In this document: piece by piece, positions 49,401 through 57,499 of the stretch
How the letters are laid out: the number at the start of each line of letters is the position of its first letter
Numbering within the stretch: the first letter of the stretch is position 1
Source of the DNA: Terriglobia bacterium
GTDB lineage: Bacteria; Acidobacteriota; Terriglobia; Acidiferrales; UBA7541
Direction: 5' to 3'
Assembly (NCBI GenBank): GCA_963695545.1
Contig: OY968796.1
Span: 2,720,001-2,784,000 of the forward strand
DNA: 64,000 bases
Made by a program: the position numbers and the translations under genes
The notes under the pieces: generated by a model
Database searches by the model: none
The model's input: the letters and a program-made list of their open reading frames with translations, nothing else
Told to the model about the DNA's origin: nothing

Positions 49401-51163
49401 TGCAAGTCGCAAGCAAAGGTGAAGCGAAAATCGATTGGCGCGTGCGCGCACAGTCGGTGCCGTCGGCGGACATTATCGGCAAAGCACTGACCGATCAGGA
49501 ATCCGACGCGATGGAGCTCACGCTGCCCATACTGCCGGTGGGCGTGAAGCAGACCGATGCGAAATCGGGCTCGCTGGCCGCGGCCGAACAGGATGAAACA
49601 ACTACGGTGACTCTACCCGGCGATCCGGCTCTCGCGGCGCCGGCGCTGGATATTAATCTCAGTCCCTCGATTGCCGGCAGTATTTTTGCGGCGCTCGATT
49701 ACCTGACGAGCTATCCATATGGCTGCACCGAGCAAACCATGTCGAGCTTCTTGCCGGATATTGTCGTCGCCCAAGCGATGAAAGATTTGCAACTCACGAC
49801 GACTGTAGACACGCCGGAACTCGAACAACAAATCCAAGCCGGAATGGCGCGTCTGAAAGATTTCCAGCATGCGGACGGCGGTTGGGGCTGGTGGAAAGAC
49901 GACGATAGTCTCGTATTCATGACGGCCTACGTCGTGAGCGGTTACGGGCAGGCGCACGCCGCCGGTTACGACGTCGATTCCGATTCGCTCGCGAACGCGG
50001 AAGGTTATCTGCATACCGCGCTGCAAAACAATCCGGACATGCGCGCGGATTTGCGCGCGTACGTGGTGTACGCGCTCGAGCTGAATGGCGCGGCGCAGAG
50101 CGATGAACTCGCAGCGGCTTGGGATGCGCGCGGTTCGATGACCACGCAGGGTCTTGCCATGCTGGGTCTCGCGTTCCAAGGCACGGGCGATTCTGCGAAG
50201 GCGCAGGAAATGGCGGCGAAAATCGAATCTCTCGCCACGGTTGACAATCAGGAAGCGTACTGGGCCTCGGATTATGATTCGTTCATGGAATTCGAGATCG
50301 AAGATTCCGCGGAAACCACGGCGTACGCGGTGCGCTTGCTGAGTGTGGCGAAACCTTCGAGCGCACTGCTGCCGAAGGCCGCGTTCTGGCTGGTCAATAA
50401 TCGCAACGGCGGATATTTCTGGGACAGCACGAAGCAAACCGCGATGGTTGTTTTCGGCCTCACCGAATATTTGAAAGCCAGCCACGAACTCGGCGCCAAT
50501 TTCCGCGCCGACGTGTACGTCAACGGCAAGCAGGTGACTTCCAAACAATTCACCGCAGCGGACGCGTTCAATCCGGCGCAGCCGGTGATTCATCTCGATT
50601 CTTCGCAGCTGCAGTCCGGAGTGAACCAAATCCGCATCCACAAAACGGGCGCAGGGCGACTTTATTGGTCGGCGAGCGGATCCTATTATTCGACGGACAA
50701 GCATCTGGTGCAGAACAACAAGCTTTCGCTGAACATCACGCGCGATTATTTCAAGATGGTTCCGGAACAAACCGGCGGAAAGATTGTGTACGACCTCGAT
50801 CCGCTCGCGGGCGATTTGCAGGTGGGCGATGTCGTAGCCGTGCGCATCACGCTGAGCGGCAGTGAATGGCGTTATCTGCTGATGGAAGATCCGATTCCCG
50901 CGGGAGCGGAATTCATCACCAGCGACAATCTCTACGAATTGAAACAGCCGCCTTCGTGGTGGGAATCCGATTATACCAGCCGCGAATTTCACGACGATCA
51001 TGCCGCCATCTTCCAGGATTATTTCACCGGGCAGCGCGAGTACGTGTATCTGCTGAAAATTGTGAATCCCGGGAAATTCCAGGTGAGTCCGGCTGAAGTG
51101 CAGCCGATGTACCAGCCGTCGATTTTCGCGACGAGTGACGCGACCACCGTGGAGGTGAAGTGA
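46412..51163 (+). CDS. Bacterial alpha-2-macroglobulin with intact thioester motif
   Basis: YTDRPVYRPG, VEDYKKPEY, VRKVFPDTALW, FPDSLTSW, YPYGCTEQT (CxEQ thioester), QHADGGWGWW, EDPIPAG and PMYQP. Confidence 0.95.
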   Translation: MQRAPLWRNFLRWNPAFWRMSGRRALLLLSLVLFAGIVPAGVRGADEAYFSISTSKTFLPGEQIGIHLYASGVDALEFRIYKVKDPVAFFEGLDDPHQFGHVSENEEIETPSRLELFYDWKQELWGEIREFLRMQFSWRSRAAIRAEELRANGTKIGSAAVFAQAPVLNSSQLVARWRQALPPRFISESEDVPVNSLPKGAYLVEATDGTLRAYTIVIVSDLGVLTKSAPGQVVAFAADRQTGVPVAGADVRVWADKKEDAHVQTDATGITEAQLPAGQFNDVRVLAVHGDDVAVVMPYSYNVSSDPTQDWTGYVYTDRPVYRPGDTTHFKVVLRSRKQVGFQSIYQVPAGQNLQVLIEDPASKAVLQSNFTVSSFGTLHGDLDLPAGAALGYYSIAVNSAGGQSYPISGGFYVEDYKKPEYAVKVTPAMPRVLQGGFIEATIDAEYYYGEPVAGAAVTYDVHTSPYYSPFIDRNSDDDSDADAGPADSDDSASDDSDDQDYSGDEISEQTGQLDANGQLQIRIPTRADKDHQDMVYRIEARVTDAANREIDGHTAVIATYGSFQVGISPENYVYKAGDTIRATAVAKDYDGNPIQTAVHVVLVTQSSTDPQNPGVTVESHDAQTAADGTAVVTFAARDAGDFVLRVSARTPEKRTVNGDSWLWITGAAENWWSGDTKGFRIIPDKKSYKVGDTAHLLVLTGVPDAYLFVNKEARTVQGRWVVHGTSPAVTVNVTFEAAQQPNVYISISFFHGNTLYQASKNFNLPAVQQKLQVAIQPSATQFEPGQKATYTIQAHDSDGKPVVGEFSLGIVDEAIYAIHPDASGDISNAFFGPAYDNVSSDSSLNFYFSGEAGAKEMFLAYDSANRPRPLAQLKPTETLVQPKVRKVFPDTALWMADIDTDAKGQAIAQLEFPDSLTSWRATVRGVTVDTKVGSATNNVIVRKNLIVRLVVPRFLRQGDEVVVSAIVDNYLPTAKMAQVSLDVKGLDVLSGATTQVQVASKGEAKIDWRVRAQSVPSADIIGKALTDQESDAMELTLPILPVGVKQTDAKSGSLAAAEQDETTTVTLPGDPALAAPALDINLSPSIAGSIFAALDYLTSYPYGCTEQTMSSFLPDIVVAQAMKDLQLTTTVDTPELEQQIQAGMARLKDFQHADGGWGWWKDDDSLVFMTAYVVSGYGQAHAAGYDVDSDSLANAEGYLHTALQNNPDMRADLRAYVVYALELNGAAQSDELAAAWDARGSMTTQGLAMLGLAFQGTGDSAKAQEMAAKIESLATVDNQEAYWASDYDSFMEFEIEDSAETTAYAVRLLSVAKPSSALLPKAAFWLVNNRNGGYFWDSTKQTAMVVFGLTEYLKASHELGANFRADVYVNGKQVTSKQFTAADAFNPAQPVIHLDSSQLQSGVNQIRIHKTGAGRLYWSASGSYYSTDKHLVQNNKLSLNITRDYFKMVPEQTGGKIVYDLDPLAGDLQVGDVVAVRITLSGSEWRYLLMEDPIPAGAEFITSDNLYELKQPPSWWESDYTSREFHDDHAAIFQDYFTGQREYVYLLKIVNPGKFQVSPAEVQPMYQPSIFATSDATTVEVK

Positions 51164-51969
51164 TGGCGCGGCGGGGAATCGTGCGCGGCGCGCTGGTCGG
51201 CACGCTGCGCGATCGTCGGCTGTGGCTCCTGCAGTTTTTCGCGAATCCAGTTCTGGCGGTGCTGTTTGCAGTTTGGCTGCTGATTCCGGTGGCGAATGCT
51301 TGGTACGTCGTTTTGAACGTGCTCGTGGCGCTGGTGATTGCGGCGTCGGTGGTCGTTCTGCATGGAGGCACGCTCGATTATTTTCGCGATCGTGAACGGG
51401 ACGACAGCGCGCCCTTGAAGCCCGCATTTGTTCGGGCGCTGCGACATGTGCTCGCGATCGCTGTATGTGTGGCCGTGTTTTATTTGTTCTGGCGGCTCAT
51501 GGATCGTGTGGACGCGTATCAGGATTCGTTGCCGGCGTATTTGCGATCGATCATGCCGGTTTTCTTGCGGCGGCACATCACATTGGGATTTCTGGAATCC
51601 GCGTATGGCTGGAAGGTTTTTGCATTGCGCTGGTTGATTGTTCCTGGATTGATCTTGCCATTCGTGATTGCCGCTGCGGATCGAGGTTTTAGCGGCTTCG
51701 GCGGCGCGGGCTTCGCCGCTTGGAAACGCGCAGTGTGGTGCTTGTCGTATTGGGTTCTGCTGGTGGTGGCAGTCATCGTGGGAGTTTTGGCAACGCAGGC
51801 GGTCATGGCTTGGACGCCGAATCTCGCGGCTTCGACATTTCGGTTTGAAACAATCAGTTTGGTTGTACGCGCGATTTGCGCTTACGATCTCGGCCTGTGG
51901 GCTTGGGTGCTCGCGTGTTACGCGGTCGCGCACGCGTCGTCTGCTCCGGTTGACGAGGCGGCTCATTGA
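51163..51969 (+). CDS. Hypothetical multi-pass membrane protein
   Basis: About six hydrophobic segments; TGATG-coupled to the alpha-2-macroglobulin stop. Confidence 0.7.
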   Translation: MARRGIVRGALVGTLRDRRLWLLQFFANPVLAVLFAVWLLIPVANAWYVVLNVLVALVIAASVVVLHGGTLDYFRDRERDDSAPLKPAFVRALRHVLAIAVCVAVFYLFWRLMDRVDAYQDSLPAYLRSIMPVFLRRHITLGFLESAYGWKVFALRWLIVPGLILPFVIAAADRGFSGFGGAGFAAWKRAVWCLSYWVLLVVAVIVGVLATQAVMAWTPNLAASTFRFETISLVVRAICAYDLGLWAWVLACYAVAHASSAPVDEAAH

Positions 51970-53708
51970 GGCGCGCAGGTTGAAGCGTCAGCGGGAATGC
52001 CGGACGCGAGCCATTCGATCACTGTTTGCCTTCCGTGCAGTTTGACCAGCGACGCGACGCGGTTTTGTGCCGCGGCATAGGCTTTTTCCTCGTCATTGCG
52101 GTTGGCAGCGTCTAGAAGGCCGGCTTCCATCTGCTGGTCCGTCATGGCGGAAGCATTCGCCGGCTGCGCGTCGGGATTCGCGAGATAGAGGACGATCCCT
52201 TCGCGAAACCAGAGCGGCGTGTTCGGTTTTGCGCGCGACTCCACCAGAAGATGAAAGAATTCATGGCGCAGCGTGGATTCGACGATGGAGCGGCGCTGCA
52301 ATTCAATGAGCGGCTGCAGTCGAATGACGTGGCCGCGCACGGAGGCGGCGATCCAGCCGGGCTCGCCGGTGGTATCGCGATAAGAATCCATCGTCGGAAA
52401 CAATTGGAGTTGCGGGCGGAAAGCGAGTTGCCAGCCGATGGCGCGCTCGTCGTCCTCGAGGATGCGGTCGGCGATGGACAAGATTGCGGCATCGGCCTGT
52501 GGATTCGTGCTGAGGAGATCGAGGCGTTCGCTCGATTGTTTCTGCCAGATTTCGGCGCGAGCCGAGACGAGTTCGGTGTCGGGATAATAGAAGTTCAGGA
52601 TGTCGCGATAGGTTTTTCTCTCGCGCGCCATTTCTTCCGCGCCGGCCTGGCAGAGGCCGACGCCGTGGCCCGATCCGCGGCCTGAGAAAACAATCTGGCC
52701 GCCGGTGCTGTTGACGTCGTAGAGATCGCTGCGAATTTTGTTCCAGCCCAGGGCTCGATCAACCGCAAAACGAAACGTGGAAGCGGCAAGCGGAACATTC
52801 GCGGGAGTTCCGCCGGTGAAATTCAAGCGTTGCGCGCGGCCGCTCGCGGTGCGTGAGGCGACTTCGAGATTTGTCCAGTGCGCTGGGAGCAAGAGGCCGG
52901 CGGCACGCAGGGCGTGATCGATATCGGCGATGGAGATCGTGGTCTCCCACTTAAGAGTGCCGGCGGCGAGGCAGTATGGATCGGCATGCGCGACGAGATA
53001 GGGCTCGTGATTCGTGGGCCACTCCTCGGAGCTGGCCGCGATGGCACCGCCGCAATTCTGATGGTAGTAAGTTTCGGCGGGAGCGCCGGCGTAGGACAAG
53101 GTTTGGCCGCGCGTGTCGTCTACTGCGGCGGCGATTCGCGGGGCAACCGCATCGAGGCTCATGGCCTGGCAATGCGTAGTGTCGCAGAAATCGAACCCCT
53201 GCTTCGCGTGCCTGCCGCGAAAACGCAGAGCGTAAGTGCGGATTGCGACCGCCATGGCTTTCAAGGATTCCGATTGCTTGAAATCGCCGCTTTCGGCAGC
53301 GAGGACGGCCTTGACGTAATCTTCGATCGGCATATTGACCGTGATCAGAAGCTGGCCGCCGAGCGTGCGGATGCGCAGTGGGAACTCCGATGAGAATGGC
53401 GGCGCATCCGCGCTGGCCGGCGGATGGAGTTGGTAGTTTCCCGCGATGTAAAGGTCCGGCGTTGTTTGCTCGGCGGTGGATTGCGAGGGTTCGAGCGTTA
53501 GTCCGGAAATTGTGGCCGCAACGGAGAGGCTCGCGCCGGTTTTGGCGGGACACGTAGGGCAGGTTCGCCAGGTGATCGCGTCGTCTGTGGCGGCAATGGT
53601 GATGTTTGCTGGCGGGTGCGCGGCGTAGAGGCGCACATCGAAGCTCTGCGCGCGCAGCGCGCACGCGGGAGCGACGCAGAGAATTGCGGCGATGAGTTTC
53701 CATTTCAT
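51963..53708 (-). CDS. SpoIID/LytB-domain protein (YfaQ-like) with a C-terminal HExxH peptidase-like domain
   Basis: Signal peptide; YVKAVLAAE, LKAMAVAIRTY, DFCDTTHCQ, YHQNCGG, GHGVGLCQ and ILNFYYP; C-terminal LRHEFFH...PLWFREG. Confidence 0.85.
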   Translation of the reverse strand: MKWKLIAAILCVAPACALRAQSFDVRLYAAHPPANITIAATDDAITWRTCPTCPAKTGASLSVAATISGLTLEPSQSTAEQTTPDLYIAGNYQLHPPASADAPPFSSEFPLRIRTLGGQLLITVNMPIEDYVKAVLAAESGDFKQSESLKAMAVAIRTYALRFRGRHAKQGFDFCDTTHCQAMSLDAVAPRIAAAVDDTRGQTLSYAGAPAETYYHQNCGGAIAASSEEWPTNHEPYLVAHADPYCLAAGTLKWETTISIADIDHALRAAGLLLPAHWTNLEVASRTASGRAQRLNFTGGTPANVPLAASTFRFAVDRALGWNKIRSDLYDVNSTGGQIVFSGRGSGHGVGLCQAGAEEMARERKTYRDILNFYYPDTELVSARAEIWQKQSSERLDLLSTNPQADAAILSIADRILEDDERAIGWQLAFRPQLQLFPTMDSYRDTTGEPGWIAASVRGHVIRLQPLIELQRRSIVESTLRHEFFHLLVESRAKPNTPLWFREGIVLYLANPDAQPANASAMTDQQMEAGLLDAANRNDEEKAYAAAQNRVASLVKLHGRQTVIEWLASGIPADASTCAPQ

Positions 53709-54631
53709 TGTGGCCGCCGATTTTTTGCAAACGCGGCGAAGACCGATTGAGCGACGGCGGCGGCATCCATCCCGCGGCCTTGTTCTAGAAAGACGACCAT
53801 CACGATTTCCGGATGGTCGGCTGGCGCGTAGCCGACGAAAAAGCCGTGCGTGCGCGGCGTGTTCGCGGATGCGGCGGTTCCGGTTTTGCCGGCGATCTTC
53901 ATGCTGTCTACAAATGCAGCATGCGCCATGCCAAATGCGACGGAGTCCTCAAGGCCCGCGAAGACGGGAGCGTCGGCGCCGAGATCGCCGGTGCGCTTTC
54001 GTAGCGCGAGCTGGCGATAGGCTTCGAGGAGACTTATCGGCGTGACTTCGATTCCTCGGGCGCCGAGAGCTTCGAGCTGCAAATCCTGCTGATTCGCTGG
54101 GACGGAGATGTGGCCGACGGATTCGTTGTCCGCGAGGCCGCTTGGGGAGTCGAGGCCAGCGCGACGGAAGGCGGTGACCAGTTCGAGAGCGCTGAGTCGT
54201 CGCGCGACCGTTGCGACGTAGGTGTTGCAGGAATAGGCGATGGCGTTTTCGGCGTTCAGTTCGGTGATGGATGCGGGGTGTGTGCAGTCCATTTCGATTG
54301 AGCCGATGCGGAATTTGCGCCGGCAAAAAATGCGCTGAGCGGGATCGAGTTTCCCGGATTCGAGAAGCGCGTCCAGGACGAAGGGCTTGAGAGTGGAGCC
54401 GGGTCGCTCGAGACTCTTTTCGGCGGATTCGAGATTGTGCGCGGCGAGGATCGCGCCGGAGGAGACATCCATCACCACGAGCGCGCCGGAGTGCGCGGCC
54501 ATGGCTCGGTCGGCGGCTTGCTGGAGGATGGCATCGCGCGCGGGCGCGGCGGCGGAGGGAGAAACGGCCAGGGCTGCGGCGAGGAACATCGTGGCCGAGC
54601 GGGAACTGAGTTGTGGTTGCACGATTTTCAC
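53705..54631 (-). CDS. Stand-alone penicillin-binding transpeptidase-domain protein (start uncertain: 54631 GTG or 54589 ATG)
   Basis: PGSTLKP (SxxK), YSCN (SxN) and AGKTGTA (KTG); ATGA-coupled to the SpoIID gene. Confidence 0.85.
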   Translation of the reverse strand: MKIVQPQLSSRSATMFLAAALAVSPSAAAPARDAILQQAADRAMAAHSGALVVMDVSSGAILAAHNLESAEKSLERPGSTLKPFVLDALLESGKLDPAQRIFCRRKFRIGSIEMDCTHPASITELNAENAIAYSCNTYVATVARRLSALELVTAFRRAGLDSPSGLADNESVGHISVPANQQDLQLEALGARGIEVTPISLLEAYRQLALRKRTGDLGADAPVFAGLEDSVAFGMAHAAFVDSMKIAGKTGTAASANTPRTHGFFVGYAPADHPEIVMVVFLEQGRGMDAAAVAQSVFAAFAKNRRPQ

Positions 54632-54765
54632 GGGCCTCAATATGCATCGGGGGCGGCGCGGTGTCCAAACTAAACGTCGCTGGCGAGGGAGCGGCCGCGC
54701 GCACTGCGGATTTTGCCGCGGCGAGTGAAGTCGTAAGTTGATGAAAAACAATCGGATGAATTCGA

Positions 54766-55106
54766 GGGGGGGTACACCCCCGGTATGTTTTGCGTAACGG
54801 ACTCATAAGGCAGGAGTTCCAGGAAAAGAGTGCAGATGTGTGCGCAATTGATTGCAAATAAAAGACTTAGCGACGGGCCTTTGTCCAGTGTTTTCAATGA
54901 TTTGCGCATTTTTTTGGAGGAGTGCGGAATCGATTGAAAATAAACGGGTTGCTGGGGCAAGAAAAGAGGGGCGCGGATGAATGCAAATTGGCTAGACGCG
55001 CCGCGGGGAAAAGTCGAGGCAGCGAACAATTCGAATGGATTGCGCGTGAACATTCAGAAGCATAGCATGGATATATCTCAGCGTCAAGTAAAATATAAGT
55101 ATTCGA
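54766..55106 (-). repeat. Dispersed structured intergenic element, copy B (candidate ncRNA or non-autonomous element)
   Basis: The reverse complement carries the same ordered motifs as 5401-5750; inverted repeat TTTTCAAT(54891-54898)/ATTGAAAA(54933-54940); terminal GGGGG-TGTA-CCCCC stem. Confidence 0.75.
55059..55087 (-). promoter_or_regulatory. sigma70 promoter of element copy B
   Basis: TTGACG (55087-55082), 17 bp spacer, TATGCT (55064-55059). Confidence 0.7.
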
Positions 55107-55133
55107 TATAATACTCACAGGCCGGCTTGGAAC

Positions 55134-55161
55134 TGGCGAATGGCGAGTAGTTAGTGGCGAG
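55134..55161 (+). repeat. Short heptamer tandem repeat
   Basis: TGGCGAA TGGCGAG TAGTTAG TGGCGAG. Confidence 0.5.
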
Positions 55162-55293
55162 CGCTTGCGGAGTGCCAAGCGGGAGATTGGCGTTCCCGGG
55201 AGAAAGCGGGGATTAATCGCGAAGGTGCGGATCCCCTGGAGAAACGATCCACTCGTGCATACTCGGGTCTCGTTTGCGATGGCAGTCAGTATC

Positions 55294-55322
55294 TTGACAG
55301 CGGCGGTAACACGGAATAGGCT
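55294..55322 (+). promoter_or_regulatory. sigma70 promoter upstream of the 55352 gene
   Basis: TTGACA, 17 bp spacer, TAGGCT; 29 bp before the ATG. Confidence 0.6.
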
Positions 55323-55351
55323 CGCGCAAAGTTTTTCGGAGACGCAAACAC

Positions 55352-57370
55352 ATGACAGATTCCACTGAGCCAGAAGGAAAACGGGCGCCTGACGGAAGTG
55401 CCGCGCCCGACAGATACGAGATTGCGCAGCCGGAGTCTTATCCGGCGTTTTCGAGCCCAACCGTGACTCCGGAGACAGCAGCTCCGGGTGCGGCGCCGGC
55501 GGCAACCGCAATCGCGGAGACGGACTTTGCGCCGCGCATGTTGCCCGCTGAAGCAGAGCGCGGTCCATACGCGGAGTCTTGGGACGACGGTGACAAGACC
55601 GCGCCCGCGGCGGCGGACAAACCGAGTTTCTTCTCTTCGCACCTGAAGAGGACGAAAGAAAAAGAGGCGCACGGCGTTCGCGAAAAGCGCGCGGTCTGGA
55701 TCGTGCATGGCATGGGGCAACAAATTCCGTTTGAGACTGTCGACAACTTGACGCAGGGCCTGCTGAGCGTGGCTTCGCCCAAGGGAGTGACGCCGCGGCT
55801 GCGCACGGTGAAGCTGGGCAACCAAACGATGCAGCGCGTGGAATTGGATGTGGACGGCGTGGAGATGAAGGATGGCAAGCCGCTGCGCCAGTATGAATTG
55901 CATCTTTACGAGGCGTATTGGGCGCCGGAGACGGAGGGCGTGGCGAAACTGCAGGACGTCATGAGTTTTCTTTGGGATGGGGCTTTGCGCGGACTGCTGA
56001 ATTCTTTGGAGAGTTTCAGGCGAGCGATGTTCGGCGGAATGCAGACGTTTCGGATTCACAAGCGAACGGCGATCTGGATTTCGATAACGCTGTTGCTTCT
56101 GCTGGCCCTCGGAGTGATCAATGCAGTGGTGGTGGCAGCGGGGGCCGCGGCTGCGGCGGCGAAAATTGGCGTGTCTTCCCTGGGCTCTCTGCCGTTCGGT
56201 TCTTATTGGCCGCCGCTGACGGCGCTGGCGAGTTGGATGACGGCCGTCGCGTTTACGTTCGGGACGGTGCTTTATCTGGCGGAACTAAGCAGACCGGACA
56301 ATTTGCCGCACGTGATTCGCGTGGCGATTTCGGTTTTAGGCTGGGCGGCGACGGCCGCCACAGCGGCGACGATTCTGGCGACGGCGGGCGTGATGGCGCT
56401 GGCGACGGACACGGATTGGGCGCGCGGGTGGCTCGAACATTTGCCGCAAGCGAAACTGCAGGCGTTTGCGACGCTGCTGATATTGAGCTGCGCTGCGGTG
56501 GTGGCGGCGTCCATGGGGTGGCGCGGGCATTTGCGATCGTCGGAACAGGAATTGCGGGCGAATCCATTCTTGTTGTTCTTGTTTGCGCTGGCCTTCGCGA
56601 TTCATATCGTTGCCGTGGGCGCTCCGCTGATGCGTTTGGCGGGCCATCATTTCCATGTGACGTTGCCGGCGTATTTGAATTGGGCGTCGAACTCGATTTG
56701 GGTGTGGCCATTCCTGATCGCGCTGAGCACGAAGGTGCGCACGATCATGGTGGAGTATGTGGGCGACGTGGCGATCTATGTGCAGCCGAACAAAGTGGAT
56801 CGCTTCAGCAAGGTTCGCGACGAAATCAAGAAGACCGTGAGCGATGTGGCCTCGGCAATTTATCTGGCATGCGAGGCGGGCACGAACGATTTTCTGTATC
56901 ACGAGGTCGCGGCGGTGGGGCATTCGCTGGGATCGGTGATCGCCTACGACACGCTGAACCGGTTGATGCTGGACGATTGGCTCGGGCGGAATCATCTGGG
57001 GATTGCGGATCGGACGAATTCGCTGGTGACGTTCGGTTCGCCACTGGACAAGACCGCGTTTTTCTTTACCATCCAAGGCAAACAGACGCTGCATATCCGC
57101 GAGCGATTGGCCGCGACGGTGCAGCCGATCATCGAGAGCTACCGGAAATTCCGCAAATTCCGGTGGATCAACGTGTATTCGGGAAACGACGTGGTTTCAG
57201 GGAAACTGATTTTTTACGACCTGACGGATATGCAGACGCCGAAGGAAGTGCCGCCGCTGGCCGTGCACAATCTGATCGATCCGAATGCGTCGGTTCCACT
57301 CGTGGCCCACGTGGACTATTGGAAGAATGAACTCGTGTGGACGCAGCTGATGCAGCAGATCGCGCCGTAG
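55352..57370 (+). CDS. Alpha/beta-hydrolase (lipase-like) interrupted by a multi-TM membrane domain
   Basis: IVHGMGQQ oxyanion motif and YEAYWAP; about 6-7 TM helices; YVGDVAIY, GHSLGS nucleophile, TFGSPLDK, DVVSG (Asp) and AHVDYW (His). Confidence 0.75.
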   Translation: MTDSTEPEGKRAPDGSAAPDRYEIAQPESYPAFSSPTVTPETAAPGAAPAATAIAETDFAPRMLPAEAERGPYAESWDDGDKTAPAAADKPSFFSSHLKRTKEKEAHGVREKRAVWIVHGMGQQIPFETVDNLTQGLLSVASPKGVTPRLRTVKLGNQTMQRVELDVDGVEMKDGKPLRQYELHLYEAYWAPETEGVAKLQDVMSFLWDGALRGLLNSLESFRRAMFGGMQTFRIHKRTAIWISITLLLLLALGVINAVVVAAGAAAAAAKIGVSSLGSLPFGSYWPPLTALASWMTAVAFTFGTVLYLAELSRPDNLPHVIRVAISVLGWAATAATAATILATAGVMALATDTDWARGWLEHLPQAKLQAFATLLILSCAAVVAASMGWRGHLRSSEQELRANPFLLFLFALAFAIHIVAVGAPLMRLAGHHFHVTLPAYLNWASNSIWVWPFLIALSTKVRTIMVEYVGDVAIYVQPNKVDRFSKVRDEIKKTVSDVASAIYLACEAGTNDFLYHEVAAVGHSLGSVIAYDTLNRLMLDDWLGRNHLGIADRTNSLVTFGSPLDKTAFFFTIQGKQTLHIRERLAATVQPIIESYRKFRKFRWINVYSGNDVVSGKLIFYDLTDMQTPKEVPPLAVHNLIDPNASVPLVAHVDYWKNELVWTQLMQQIAP

Positions 57371-57385
57371 GCCGCTGGAGGATAA

Positions 57386-57409
57386 CGCAGAGGCGCAGAG
57401 GACGCGGAG
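57386..57409 (+). repeat. Short CGCAGAGG-type direct repeat between convergent genes
   Basis: CGCAGAGG CGCAGAGG A CGCGGAG. Confidence 0.45.
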
Positions 57410-57499
57410 CCTAGCAGAGACGGAACGACAACCGAAAGCACTTCTTCTGCAAACCGTAAAGGCGTGCCCCGACGACGGCCATTTGCGCGGTGATTTCTG

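Noticed and set aside
46379..49405. 1008 aa antisense ORF, and similar long shadow ORFs (e.g. 16171-17997, 20499-22406, 25234-26820, 39515-41143, 49613-51427, 59316-60809)
   Set aside because: Each lies opposite a well-supported gene and has no recognisable motifs; long antisense frames are expected from high-GC codon bias.
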